NCBI RefSeq assembly: GCF_003945235.1
Contig: NZ_RSDW01000001.1
Location: forward strand, 3,240,001-3,272,000
Direction of reading: 5' to 3'
DNA: 32,000 bases
Source: Edaphobacter aggregans
GTDB taxonomy: Bacteria; Acidobacteriota; Terriglobia; Terriglobales; Acidobacteriaceae
The position numbers and the translations under genes are program-made. The notes under the pieces are model-generated. The model was not told the origin of the DNA. It was given only the letters and a program-made list of their open reading frames with translations, and did no database searches. Below are positions 16,496 through 25,132 of the stretch, piece after piece. The first letter of the stretch is position 1; every line of letters begins with the position of its first letter.

Positions 16496-17158
16496 CTACA
16501 TCTCTCCGTAGACCACCTCGAGCAACTCCCCAGCCAGACGATGAAGTGGACGCAGCAACGGAATACCCGCCAGCTTCAGCGTTACAAGGATCATCTTCAA
16601 GGTCTTCTCATAGAGCAGCATCGTCCTCTTCTGATTCTCGCTACGGTCATACACCCAGAAGAGAATCAGGCCCATCTGATACATCCAAAGCAGCCGCGGC
16701 AAATAGGGCTTGATGTTCGAAGGTAACTTTACAGCCGAGTCCGCAACCGCGCGCGAGAAGAAATCAATGTCCTGCTCTCGAATCGTTTTTGTCTCATTGC
16801 TGAAAGGTGACAAAGGGTGCTCTGGATCCGCATGCGCCGACAAAGCCCCGAGCAACCTCCGGTTCGGCCCAAAGCACTCGAACTTCGTCGAAATAATCGC
16901 CCGTAACCGCGCTTCCAGAGTCTTGCTCTTGTCCAGAAGCGCCTCAATCTCAGGCCGCATCTGGCTCTGCGAGCGCTCATAGAACGCCATCACGATCGCA
17001 TCCTTCGACTCGAAATAATAGTAAGCAGCTCCGACCGCTACCTCTGCTGCTGTTGCGATCTCACGCATCGTAGAACGCTCGAAGCCGCGCTCACGAAACA
17101 CCGCAAGCGCAGCTTCAAGAATTCGAGTCCGTGTCTCTTCAGATTTCTTGATCTTCAT
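16496..17158 (-). CDS. TetR/AcrR-family transcriptional regulator
   Basis: 220 aa. N-terminal HTH region TRTRILEAALAVFRERGFERSTMREIATAAEVAVGAAYYYFESKD. Confidence 0.92.
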   Translation of the reverse strand: MKIKKSEETRTRILEAALAVFRERGFERSTMREIATAAEVAVGAAYYYFESKDAIVMAFYERSQSQMRPEIEALLDKSKTLEARLRAIISTKFECFGPNRRLLGALSAHADPEHPLSPFSNETKTIREQDIDFFSRAVADSAVKLPSNIKPYLPRLLWMYQMGLILFWVYDRSENQKRTMLLYEKTLKMILVTLKLAGIPLLRPLHRLAGELLEVVYGEM

Positions 17159-17168
17159 CCGTTAAAGC

Positions 17169-17579
17169 TCATGCGATTCGTGGTGGTGGCGGTGCCGCCT
17201 GTGCAAGTCCGGACCGGCTCCTCATCTTTGCAAAGACAAGAATATTGAAGAAATGCATCCCTCCAAGGATCAGCAGCACAACTCCTATCTTCACACTCTC
17301 CAGTTCAATCGCCTGGCGAAGAGTCGAGAGCGGTTCGCTTGTCTTCAGGGCCAACGCGATATAGCCAACATTGATGAGGTAAAACCCTACAACAAGCAGA
17401 TGGTTTACGGAATCCGCTAGCTCCTCATTGCCATGAAACGCGTCGACCAGAAAGACCCTCCCATTGCGATGCAATGTACGCGCAACCCAGATGGTAAGTG
17501 CAATGCTGATAGCAAGATAACTAAAGTAGCAAGCCGCGACATTCATATTTTGAACCGTCCTCTCATTATTTTTGAACAT
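17169..17579 (-). CDS. Hypothetical integral membrane protein (about 3 TM), first gene of the TetR string
   Basis: 136-aa ORF. The alternative start ATG 17546 (MNVAACYF...) has GAGAGGA (rc of 17558-17564) 11 nt upstream. ATG 17579 lies inside an operator-like palindrome. Confidence 0.6.
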   Translation of the reverse strand: MFKNNERTVQNMNVAACYFSYLAISIALTIWVARTLHRNGRVFLVDAFHGNEELADSVNHLLVVGFYLINVGYIALALKTSEPLSTLRQAIELESVKIGVVLLILGGMHFFNILVFAKMRSRSGLAQAAPPPPRIA

Positions 17580-17584
17580 GTTCA
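17573..17584. promoter_or_regulatory. Perfect 12-bp palindrome TGAACATGTTCA (promoter-proximal operator candidate)
   Basis: It is one of two identical palindromes. It begins 6 nt downstream of the putative -10 box on the minus strand. The shared 16-mer is TTTTTGAACATGTTCA. Confidence 0.65.
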
Positions 17585-17590
17585 GTTAAA

Positions 17591-17619
17591 TAGATACGCC
17601 ACGTCGCAGCAGGATGCAA
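17591..17619 (-). promoter_or_regulatory. Putative sigma70-type promoter (TTGCAT-17 nt-TATCTA) for the membrane protein-TetR(-ADOP) string
   Basis: On the minus strand, -35 TTGCAT is the rc of 17614-17619 and -10 TATCTA is the rc of 17591-17596, with exactly 17 nt between. The hexamers are bracketed by the two palindromes. Confidence 0.45.
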
Positions 17620-17627
17620 GGATTTTT

Positions 17628-17639
17628 TGAACATGTTCA
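17628..17639. promoter_or_regulatory. Perfect 12-bp palindrome TGAACATGTTCA (distal operator candidate)
   Basis: Identical to 17573-17584. Centre-to-centre distance is 55 bp, and it lies 8 nt upstream of the putative -35. Confidence 0.65.
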
Positions 17640-17754
17640 TTATTTTTTTTGAAAGTAGGCTCAGAACGAGTGTGCATGCTCTGAAAGGGCACGGACTTCA
17701 GTCATGCCGTAGTGGACCTCAAAATTGAGGGAACTTTTAGCCTCTTAGGCGGTA

Positions 17755-19194
17755 TTACTTTTCGTCGCTCTCCGAAGCAGCTACAAGCGACAACTTCCCT
17801 TGCCACTCATCGCTCGTCATTGGCCTCAACTGCACCGGCACCGGCTCAAGCTGTGGCAGGTCCCTTTCGCCAATCTCCATCTCCCGCAACCTACGCGAAA
17901 TGGAGAAAAGCCCACCCTGCCCCTCCACTTTCACCAGCATGTCGTCATACGCCTTACCAGCGCTTCGAAGCGTCTTGCCCAATTGCACGATCGCATCATG
18001 CAGGCCGACCAGCTTTGCCTGCACCTTCAGCGCCTCATCGCGAATCATCTGCGCATCCCGCGCAATCTGCGACTGCTTCCATCCATAGGCCACCGCCTTC
18101 AGCAGGGCGATCAGCGTCGTCGGCGTCGCCAGCAGCACCTTGCTCTCCGCGCTATATTCCAGCAGCGAAGGGTCCTGCTCCAGCGCCGCTGAGAACAGCA
18201 CCTCGCTCGGCAGAAAACACACTACAAAATCCGGCGACTCCGGAAACTGCTTCCAATAAGCCTTCCCGCCCAGCGCATCCAAATGCTTCCTGACCCTGGT
18301 TGCATGTGCTGCCATATGCGCAGACCGCAGTACCTCGTCGTCACATGCGCTCGCATCGAGAAACGCATCCAGCGGGGTCTTCGCGTCCACGATGATGCTC
18401 CGCCCATTTGGCAGTTTCACAATCAGGTCAGGCCGGATCGACACATCCTCGCCCCTCACAAACTTCTCCACTTCGAACGACGCATACTGCACCATGCCTG
18501 CAAACTCCACGCATTTGCGCAACTGCATCTCGCCCCAGTTGCCTCGTACCTTAGGAGCCCGCAGCGCCGCTACTAACTGCGTCGTCTCCTTTCGGAGGTC
18601 CATATGCGACTTCTGCATATTCTGGATCTCCGCCAGCACCTCGCTGTAAGCGCCTGCCCGCTTTACCTCCAGCTCATGGCTATGCGTCGACAGCTTCGCC
18701 AGCGACTCCTGCATAGGCTTAAGCAGCAGCTCAATCGCCGATTCCTTCGCCGCCAACTCCTTTGCCGCCTCAACCTGCTGTGTCTCCAACTCCCCCTTCG
18801 CAAGCCGGATCAACTGCTGGCTGTTCTCATGCAAAGCACTCGCAGCCAGCGCTTGAAAACTCGTCTTCAAACTAGTCTCCACATCCACCAGAGCCTTAAC
18901 CTTCTCGTCCATCGCCTTCTTTTCGGCCACTATCTGAGAACGCAACCCCGCTGCTTCCAGCCGTGCCGCCTCACCCGCTGCACGCAGGACCTCTAACTCC
19001 CGCACCTTCTCCTCGATCACCCGATCCTTCGCCCCGAGTCCCTCGCGGAGCCCAACGACCTCAGCCTCCCGTGCCGCCATGCGAGCCTCTACCGCGACAC
19101 GAGATCCCTGCATTTTGCTACCCGCAATGAGCCACGCGATTACCGCGCCAACCACACTTCCCACCACGAACCAGACCATCGTTATCGCTTCCAT
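17755..19194 (-). CDS. rmuC: DNA recombination protein RmuC
   Basis: 479 aa. N-terminal TM helix, a long coiled-coil region, and a C-terminal RmuC nuclease-like domain (VVCFLPSEVLFSAALEQDPSLLEY...LATPTTLIALLKAVAYGW). Confidence 0.92.
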   Translation of the reverse strand: MEAITMVWFVVGSVVGAVIAWLIAGSKMQGSRVAVEARMAAREAEVVGLREGLGAKDRVIEEKVRELEVLRAAGEAARLEAAGLRSQIVAEKKAMDEKVKALVDVETSLKTSFQALAASALHENSQQLIRLAKGELETQQVEAAKELAAKESAIELLLKPMQESLAKLSTHSHELEVKRAGAYSEVLAEIQNMQKSHMDLRKETTQLVAALRAPKVRGNWGEMQLRKCVEFAGMVQYASFEVEKFVRGEDVSIRPDLIVKLPNGRSIIVDAKTPLDAFLDASACDDEVLRSAHMAAHATRVRKHLDALGGKAYWKQFPESPDFVVCFLPSEVLFSAALEQDPSLLEYSAESKVLLATPTTLIALLKAVAYGWKQSQIARDAQMIRDEALKVQAKLVGLHDAIVQLGKTLRSAGKAYDDMLVKVEGQGGLFSISRRLREMEIGERDLPQLEPVPVQLRPMTSDEWQGKLSLVAASESDEK

Positions 19195-19307
19195 TCCCCA
19201 AATCTACGCCAAATCTTCGCCAAACCTCAACCCGTTTGCCCACAAAAATCGCTCCTGTCCAAAAACTGAATCTTCACCGCTCCCAAAATAATCAAATTTC
19301 GTAACTC

Positions 19308-20942
19308 ATGGCAGCCACAGCGATAGAACTCCCCGGCGCGGAACACTCAAGCGCACTCCAAACCGCAGAGAAGCCATGGCGGCCCCGTATCAACCCGTGG
19401 ATCGTCGCTATGACGGTCACGCTTGCCACGTTCATGGAGGTACTCGACTCCTCCATCGCCAACGTCGCACTGCCTCACATCGCTGGCGGCCTGGGAGCCA
19501 CACAGGATGAGGCGACCTGGGTCCTCACTGCCTATCTTGTAGCCAACGCCATCATTTTGCCCGCTGGCGCCTACATGACCACTTTTATCGGACGCAAGAA
19601 GTTCTACATGATCTGCGTCGCGCTCTTTGGCATCAGCTCTGCACTCTGTGGACTCGCTCCAACACTTCCTCTGCTGGTCTTCTTCCGCATCCTGCAGGGC
19701 ATCGGCGGCGGTGGTTTGGCACCCTCCGAGCAGGCGATCCTCGCCGATACCTTCCCGCCTGAAAAACGTGGCCAGGCCTTCGCTATGTACGGCCTCGCCG
19801 TTGTCTGTGCGCCCGCCATCGGCCCTACGCTGGGCGGCTACATCACCGACAACTTCGACTGGCGCTGGATCTTTTTCCTCAACGTCCCCATCTGTCTCAT
19901 CTCCCTCTTCCTTACCTCGCGCATCGTTGAGGACCCGCCTTACGTCAAAAAGCAGGTGGCCCAATCCCAGAAGGGCGGTATTAAGCTGGACTTCCTCGGC
20001 TTTGGTCTTCTTGGCCTGACATTCGGCTCGCTTGAGTTCATCCTCGACAAGGGGCAAGAGGACGACTGGTTCTCCTCCCGCATCATTACTTTCTTCGCCG
20101 TCGCCATGGTCGTCGCCTTCATCACCATGATCTGGTGGGAGCTGAGGCAGCTTCGCACAGGACATCGCCCCATCATTAACCTCACCCTGTTCAAGCGCCG
20201 CAACTTCGCAATCAGCTTTGTCCTGATGTTCGTGCTCGGCTTCTCGCTGTACGGCACCACCGTCCTCATTCCGCAGTTCGTCCAGACACTGCTTGGCTAC
20301 ACTGCCGAACTCGCTGGTCTCGTCCTCTCTCCCGCTGGGCTCATGATGATGGCCATGATGCCCGTCGTCGGTTTCCTCTCCGGCAAGGTCGACCCGCGCA
20401 AACTCATGGGCTACGGTTTCTTCATGCTGACTGTATCGCTGATCACCATGCACACGATGGACCTCAGCGTGAGCTATGGACGCCTCGTCTTCCTGCGTAT
20501 CTTCCAGGCCTCGGGACTTGCCTTCCTCTTCATCCCTATCAACACCACCGCGTACATCGGCGTGAAGCAGTCGGAGAACAACGATGTCTCCGGCCTTACC
20601 AACCTTGCGCGCAACATCGGAGGATCCTGCGGAACGGCGTTCATCGCCACCATGCTTACCCGGCGAACTGCTGCGCACGAGACGAATATGGTCCGCAACT
20701 TGTCGACTGGTAACCCGGCGTTCAATCAGAAGGTTGACTCTCTCAAGGGGGCCTTCGGACACGGCGCTCAGGCAGTTCACTCGGCTCAGGCCTATATCTA
20801 CAACCAGTTACATCGCCAGGCCACCATGCTGGCTTACCTCGATATCATCCAGTACCTTGCCGTCTTCTGCGCCTTCATGTTGCCGCTTCTCTTCTTTATT
20901 CCGCGCCCGCCAAAGAATGCCAGCCCGTCGGCCGGCCACTAG
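19308..20942 (+). CDS. DHA2-family (EmrB/QacA-type) MFS efflux permease, 14-TMS class
   Basis: 544 aa. Contains LDSSIANVALPHIAGGLGAT, GRKKFYMICVALFGISSALCGLAP and FRILQGIGGGGLAPSEQAIL. No adjacent HlyD/EmrA or outer-membrane partner is present in the window. Confidence 0.93.
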   Translation: MAATAIELPGAEHSSALQTAEKPWRPRINPWIVAMTVTLATFMEVLDSSIANVALPHIAGGLGATQDEATWVLTAYLVANAIILPAGAYMTTFIGRKKFYMICVALFGISSALCGLAPTLPLLVFFRILQGIGGGGLAPSEQAILADTFPPEKRGQAFAMYGLAVVCAPAIGPTLGGYITDNFDWRWIFFLNVPICLISLFLTSRIVEDPPYVKKQVAQSQKGGIKLDFLGFGLLGLTFGSLEFILDKGQEDDWFSSRIITFFAVAMVVAFITMIWWELRQLRTGHRPIINLTLFKRRNFAISFVLMFVLGFSLYGTTVLIPQFVQTLLGYTAELAGLVLSPAGLMMMAMMPVVGFLSGKVDPRKLMGYGFFMLTVSLITMHTMDLSVSYGRLVFLRIFQASGLAFLFIPINTTAYIGVKQSENNDVSGLTNLARNIGGSCGTAFIATMLTRRTAAHETNMVRNLSTGNPAFNQKVDSLKGAFGHGAQAVHSAQAYIYNQLHRQATMLAYLDIIQYLAVFCAFMLPLLFFIPRPPKNASPSAGH

Positions 20943-20999
20943 TTGACTAGTTTTTTTCGTGCGGTTTTTTGGAGGGGGTTTTGCGAAAAATGGGCGGAA

Positions 21000-21076
21000 G
21001 TTGGTGGTTTTTGGTGGTTAGTAAGCGGTAAAAAGTGTGGTAAGTGTGGTTTGTTGACGGTTGGTGCGCGGCGTCT
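21000..21076 (-). repeat. Family-2 ~70-nt element, copy A (inverted relative to copy B)
   Basis: The plus strand reads GTTGGTGGTTTTTGGTGGttagtaagcggtAAAAAGTGTGGtaagtgTGGTTTGTTGAcgg...GCGTCT. Its reverse complement aligns with 8494-8563. It lies about 60 nt downstream of the MFS stop codon. Confidence 0.6.
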
Positions 21077-21205
21077 AAAAACATGCCAACTTTCTGAAAG
21101 ATTTCTGCGGAAATCTAACTGAACCGCTTCGGATGGGAGACGCCGCTATTAGCGGGGAGGCGCCGACCCATCGAGCAGTGGCTTGTCCGGTAATAAATTA
21201 CGTGG

Positions 21206-21442
21206 CTAACCCAAAGAGTTTGAATGGGACAGCTTGGTTTTGTGTGCCCGCCAATAGAGGAATCCGTAGACGACCAAATAAGCGAACGTCCAACTCCCAA
21301 ATGTCACCGCGACAGTGCGCCAATCTGGAAAACGGTTATGGACGATCCATTTTGCGACGATCTGTAGAATGGCAGCCAAAAAGATTGTCGGAGCACCTGC
21401 CTGCAGCCATAAGGGCCGCTTTATGGTGTCTTTTCGGTCCAT
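21206..21442 (-). CDS. Possible small membrane protein (78 aa, 2 TM), weakly supported
   Basis: ATG-initiated ORF in a lower-GC stretch 42 nt downstream of the GH35 gene. Two hydrophobic segments (APTIFLAAILQIVAKWIV, VAVTFGSWTFAYLVVYGFLYW). No convincing RBS. Confidence 0.3.
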   Translation of the reverse strand: MDRKDTIKRPLWLQAGAPTIFLAAILQIVAKWIVHNRFPDWRTVAVTFGSWTFAYLVVYGFLYWRAHKTKLSHSNSLG

Positions 21443-21484
21443 GCGCAGATACTACTACCACTTGGAGTTGGTTAGCTAAGTAAT

Positions 21485-23320
21485 TTATTGCCGCTTGTCC
21501 AGGCCGCGCAGCTTGCGTCCCATCGTTCCCTGCAGGTCGAACACAATCACATCATTCTTTCCCTTGATGAGCAGAGGCCCCGGAGCATAGAGCGTCTTCT
21601 GTGGCCCTACGTACCAGATGCGTCCCAGCGCGCGTCCGTTCAGCCAGAGCTGGCCCTTCCTGAACTCGCTCGTATCCAGAAATGTGTCCGCAGTCTTCGC
21701 AAGGTCAAAGCTTCCGCGATAGAAGCAAGGGCCCTCGCAGGCCTTCTTCGAATAGGAGTATGAGCTCACCGCTGTCATCGGAAGCGGATAGATATCCCAC
21801 CCCATCACCGGCTTGCCTGCCAGCGTCACTTGTTTCGTGATGCCTGCGCGCTCTCCGCCGATCGTTTTGCCGAAGTTCACGCGCGCCGTGTTCTCTATCA
21901 GAATGTCCAGTCGAGAACCCGCAGCAGCAGAGATCGTAAGCCGGTCTTGACCGAGTCTCCGGTCGATCACGCCTATCATCTTGCCGTCCAGATAGACCTG
22001 CGCGTAGCTGTGCACCTTATCCAGTAAGAGGTCGCCGGAGGCTGCGTCCTTCAGGTGTGTGCGGTAGAGAATATAGCCGTAGGCCTGGTCCACGTCCTCC
22101 ATGCTTAGCACCTGCTCTGAATGAATGGGCTTCGACAGGTTGTCCCACAGTGAAGCTGTCTCGAGCATCGCAACATCAGGCACGCTCATCGGTGCAGCGA
22201 CGGTCGGGACTGGAGGCGGTGTGATACCGGTAGCCTTTGCGATCAGATCGCGAAACACAAAGTACTTTGGCGTCGGTCGTCCACTCTCATCGAGCACAGA
22301 GTCATAGTCGTAACTGGTCACGTCGGGTTCATAGTTTTGGCCGTTGGTGTTGGCTCCATTCATCCAGCCAAAGCTCGTGCCTCCGTGGAACATATAGATG
22401 CTGACCGAGTAGCCCTGTGCGAGCATCCACTCGAGGTTCTTTGCCTGTGCCTCAGCATTCGTATGTGCGTGCGGTCCACCCCAATGATCGAACCATCCCG
22501 CCCAATATTCGCTATTGATAAAAGGACCATCGGGCCGGAACTTCTTGAGCGTTGTAAAGGCCTTCTCGGCATCGCCGACCTTCTCGCCGCCGAAGTTGAT
22601 CCCTACGGGAAGTTCCGGCAGTGATCCGTCCGGCACCTGTTCTGGTCCATCGGCTGTATAGAGCTGCGACTTCGTAAAGCCTGCGTCGACCAGTGCCTTG
22701 TGGATCTGTTCCATGTACGCGTGGTCGTTGCCAAACGAGCCATACTCGTTCTCCACCTGCGTCAGGATGACTGGTCCGCCATTGCCGATCTGGAGCGGAG
22801 CCAGCTCTTGCCCTAGTCGCGCGATCCATCGCTTCGCAGGCTCCATAAACTTCGGATTGCTCGTACGCACCACGATGCCGCGCTCCTTCAAGAGCCACGC
22901 AGGGTATCCGCCCCACTCCCACTCCGCGCAGACATAAGGGCCGGGCCGCAGAATCACGTACAGTCCCTCCTGCTGCGCCTCGCGCACAAACTCTGCGACA
23001 TCGTTGTTGCCGGTGAAGTCGTACACACCGGGTCGCGTCTCATGCACATTCCAGAAGACGTAGGTCGTAATGGTGTTCAGCCCCATCGCCTTCGCCATCC
23101 GAAAGCGATCCCGCCAGTAGGCTCGCGGAATTCGCGGATAGTGCATCTCTCCCGAGATCACACGGAACGGTTTGCCATTCAGTACGAACTGCCCGTTGGC
23201 CACACCAAACGTATAACTCTGCTGCGAAAACGAAGGCAGTGCAAAGCTCAATACACAAAAAAGGAGAAGAAGCCGACGACGCAAATCACACCTCGCTGAA
23301 CAGGTGAACCTTAAACCCAT
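21485..23320 (-). CDS. Glycoside hydrolase family 35 beta-galactosidase (secreted)
   Basis: Contains FRVISGEMHYPRIPRAYWRDRFRMAKAMGLNTITTYVFWNVHE and the acid/base region TQVENEYGSFG. I use ATG 23320 (AAGGG 4 nt upstream; signal-like MGLRF...RRRLLLLFCVLSFALPSFSQQ). The ORF-track TTG 23347 and ATG 23335 are alternatives. Confidence 0.92.
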   Translation of the reverse strand: MGLRFTCSARCDLRRRLLLLFCVLSFALPSFSQQSYTFGVANGQFVLNGKPFRVISGEMHYPRIPRAYWRDRFRMAKAMGLNTITTYVFWNVHETRPGVYDFTGNNDVAEFVREAQQEGLYVILRPGPYVCAEWEWGGYPAWLLKERGIVVRTSNPKFMEPAKRWIARLGQELAPLQIGNGGPVILTQVENEYGSFGNDHAYMEQIHKALVDAGFTKSQLYTADGPEQVPDGSLPELPVGINFGGEKVGDAEKAFTTLKKFRPDGPFINSEYWAGWFDHWGGPHAHTNAEAQAKNLEWMLAQGYSVSIYMFHGGTSFGWMNGANTNGQNYEPDVTSYDYDSVLDESGRPTPKYFVFRDLIAKATGITPPPVPTVAAPMSVPDVAMLETASLWDNLSKPIHSEQVLSMEDVDQAYGYILYRTHLKDAASGDLLLDKVHSYAQVYLDGKMIGVIDRRLGQDRLTISAAAGSRLDILIENTARVNFGKTIGGERAGITKQVTLAGKPVMGWDIYPLPMTAVSSYSYSKKACEGPCFYRGSFDLAKTADTFLDTSEFRKGQLWLNGRALGRIWYVGPQKTLYAPGPLLIKGKNDVIVFDLQGTMGRKLRGLDKRQ

Positions 23321-23485
23321 CGCACCCTTATACATCTCTAAGTCCAAGTTAACAAAAGATGTCCGACCTCGTTATGAATTCTTTACGGTTTCATCACGAA
23401 CTCCTTATTCACCTGTGATTAGGCTGAATCGTTAGTGTCCGCGGCTTGATTTGGCCGGGCGCGCTAACGTGAATGGAGAAGTGAA

Positions 23486-25066
23486 GTGAAAACAAAAATG
23501 AAATCAAGCATTTGCGGACTTAGCCTCGCGATGCTCTTTTTTGGTGCGGGCCTGATTTTCAATGCAGTCGATCTTCGAGCACAGGAGCGCGCTCCTCAAC
23601 CGACTGCGGAGGAGATCAAAGCTGCGCAAGATCAGAAGATTCAGCTACTGCAGGACAAGTTAGAGGAGATTCAGCAGCAGATCGTTGAGCTGAAGCGGGC
23701 TAACTCAGCTCAACCGGAGACGCACCACATCACAACGGCCAAAGCTTCTGCTCCCCCGCCAGCTGTTTCCGAGGAGCCTGTGATCACCGATCCCTCCAAT
23801 CCAAAGTCAGAGCCGTTCGCCTTTGCCGATTTCACCTGGCTCACGGGCAACGCCCGCACCATGGATACTCCGTACGCAACTAAGTTCTTCACGCCGGAGA
23901 TTCGTACGGACACCAACTACACCTACGACTACCGTCACCCGCAGGACAACACCATCGGCGGATCGAGTGAAGTCTTCCGCGCGAATGAGGTGCAGTTGAC
24001 CCAACTCGGAGTCGGCGGCGACTTCCACTACGACAATGTGCGCGCTCGCTTGATGACGCAGTTCGGCCTGTACTCCCAGACTACACCGCGCAACGATGCA
24101 AGCACCGCACGAGGCCAGTGGAACCTCGCGGATGCATATCGCTATGTCTCTGAGGCATACGGTGGCTATCACTTCAACGTACAGCATGGATTGAACGTCG
24201 ACGCCGGCATTTTCATGTCGTACGTCGGTCTGTTTTCCTACTACCAGTTCGACAACTGGGCCTATCAGCCGTCGTATGTCTCTTCCAACACGCCGTGGTT
24301 CTTCAATGGCGTACGCGTGCAGTGGTTTCCGACGGCAAAGCTGAAGATCGAACCGTGGTTCATCAACGGCTGGCAGTCTTACGGCAGGTTCAATAATCGG
24401 CCCGGTCTCGGCGGGCAGATTCTCTGGAGGCCCAATGGCAACTGGTCGATTGTGGGCAATCAGTACGGTTACGGTGAGGATGCTCTTGGTATACCTACGC
24501 GCACTCGTTACCACACCGACGATAGCGTTCAGTACAAGTACTATGACCGCCCCACGTCATTTATCAGCAAGGCGGCCGCCACGCTCACCGGAGACGCTGG
24601 TTGCGAGAGCGGGGGCGGTGTCAGCTGCTTCGGCAACGGCAAGACCGGACCGAAACAGAGCTTCCTCGGCTTCATGGCTTACAACCGCGTCTGGTTCGAT
24701 CACGATCGTTACGCTTTGACTCTTGGTGGCGGAAAGATCAACAACCCTGGCCGATATCTTGTACTGTTGCCGCCGATCAATGGAGCGACAGCGGCCTCGG
24801 GGACGCCGTACTTCACCGAGAATCCGGGCGATCCGTTCAAGGCGTGGGACACTTCGGTTACGGCAGATTACATGCCGAGCCAGTACTTCACCTACCGCTT
24901 CGAGTACAACCATCGCGCCGCGAATGTTCCCTACTTCACCGGACCTGGAGGCGTGACACCTCCGGGAGGAAACACCGGCGCCCCTGGTTCGGTTGTTCCG
25001 GGCTGGACTCCGGATCTTCGCAACAGCGAGAACCGGATAACCGTCGCCTTCCTGCTGAAGTTCTAA
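23486..25066 (+). CDS. Putative outer-membrane beta-barrel (porin-like) protein with N-terminal coiled-coil
   Basis: 526 aa. Signal peptide, a Q/E/K-rich heptad segment, alternating aromatic-rich strands, and a C-terminal FLLKF ending in Phe, as in OMP barrels. It resembles the OmpL-like/DUF1597 porin class from memory. GTG 23486 lies 7 nt after GGAG. Confidence 0.78.
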   Translation: MKTKMKSSICGLSLAMLFFGAGLIFNAVDLRAQERAPQPTAEEIKAAQDQKIQLLQDKLEEIQQQIVELKRANSAQPETHHITTAKASAPPPAVSEEPVITDPSNPKSEPFAFADFTWLTGNARTMDTPYATKFFTPEIRTDTNYTYDYRHPQDNTIGGSSEVFRANEVQLTQLGVGGDFHYDNVRARLMTQFGLYSQTTPRNDASTARGQWNLADAYRYVSEAYGGYHFNVQHGLNVDAGIFMSYVGLFSYYQFDNWAYQPSYVSSNTPWFFNGVRVQWFPTAKLKIEPWFINGWQSYGRFNNRPGLGGQILWRPNGNWSIVGNQYGYGEDALGIPTRTRYHTDDSVQYKYYDRPTSFISKAAATLTGDAGCESGGGVSCFGNGKTGPKQSFLGFMAYNRVWFDHDRYALTLGGGKINNPGRYLVLLPPINGATAASGTPYFTENPGDPFKAWDTSVTADYMPSQYFTYRFEYNHRAANVPYFTGPGGVTPPGGNTGAPGSVVPGWTPDLRNSENRITVAFLLKF

Positions 25067-25077
25067 GCGACGTGCAA

Positions 25078-25114
25078 AGGAAAGGCCCGCATGTATTGGT
25101 GCTGCGGGCCTTTC
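25078..25114. terminator. Bidirectional rho-independent terminator between the porin and aldo/keto reductase genes
   Basis: 13-bp GC-rich stem GGAAAGGCCCGCA / TGCGGGCCTTTCC with an 11-nt loop, followed by ATTTCTT on the plus strand and TTTGC on the minus strand. Confidence 0.75.
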
Positions 25115-25132
25115 CATTTCTTGATGAGGTCG

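Noticed and set aside
8494-21076. A 12.5-kb segment bounded by inverted family-2 copies, considered as a composite mobile element or inversion unit.
   Set aside because: The interior is housekeeping (dacB, folP, rmuC) with the native strand polarisation. There is no transposase or integrase and no target-site duplication. The copies are better explained as dispersed 3'-flank elements.
21133-21483. A 116-aa plus-strand ORF in the MFS/GH35 spacer.
   Set aside because: Its composition is not protein-like, and it has no RBS. It is antisense to the somewhat more plausible 78-aa membrane ORF and overlaps the folded non-coding region.
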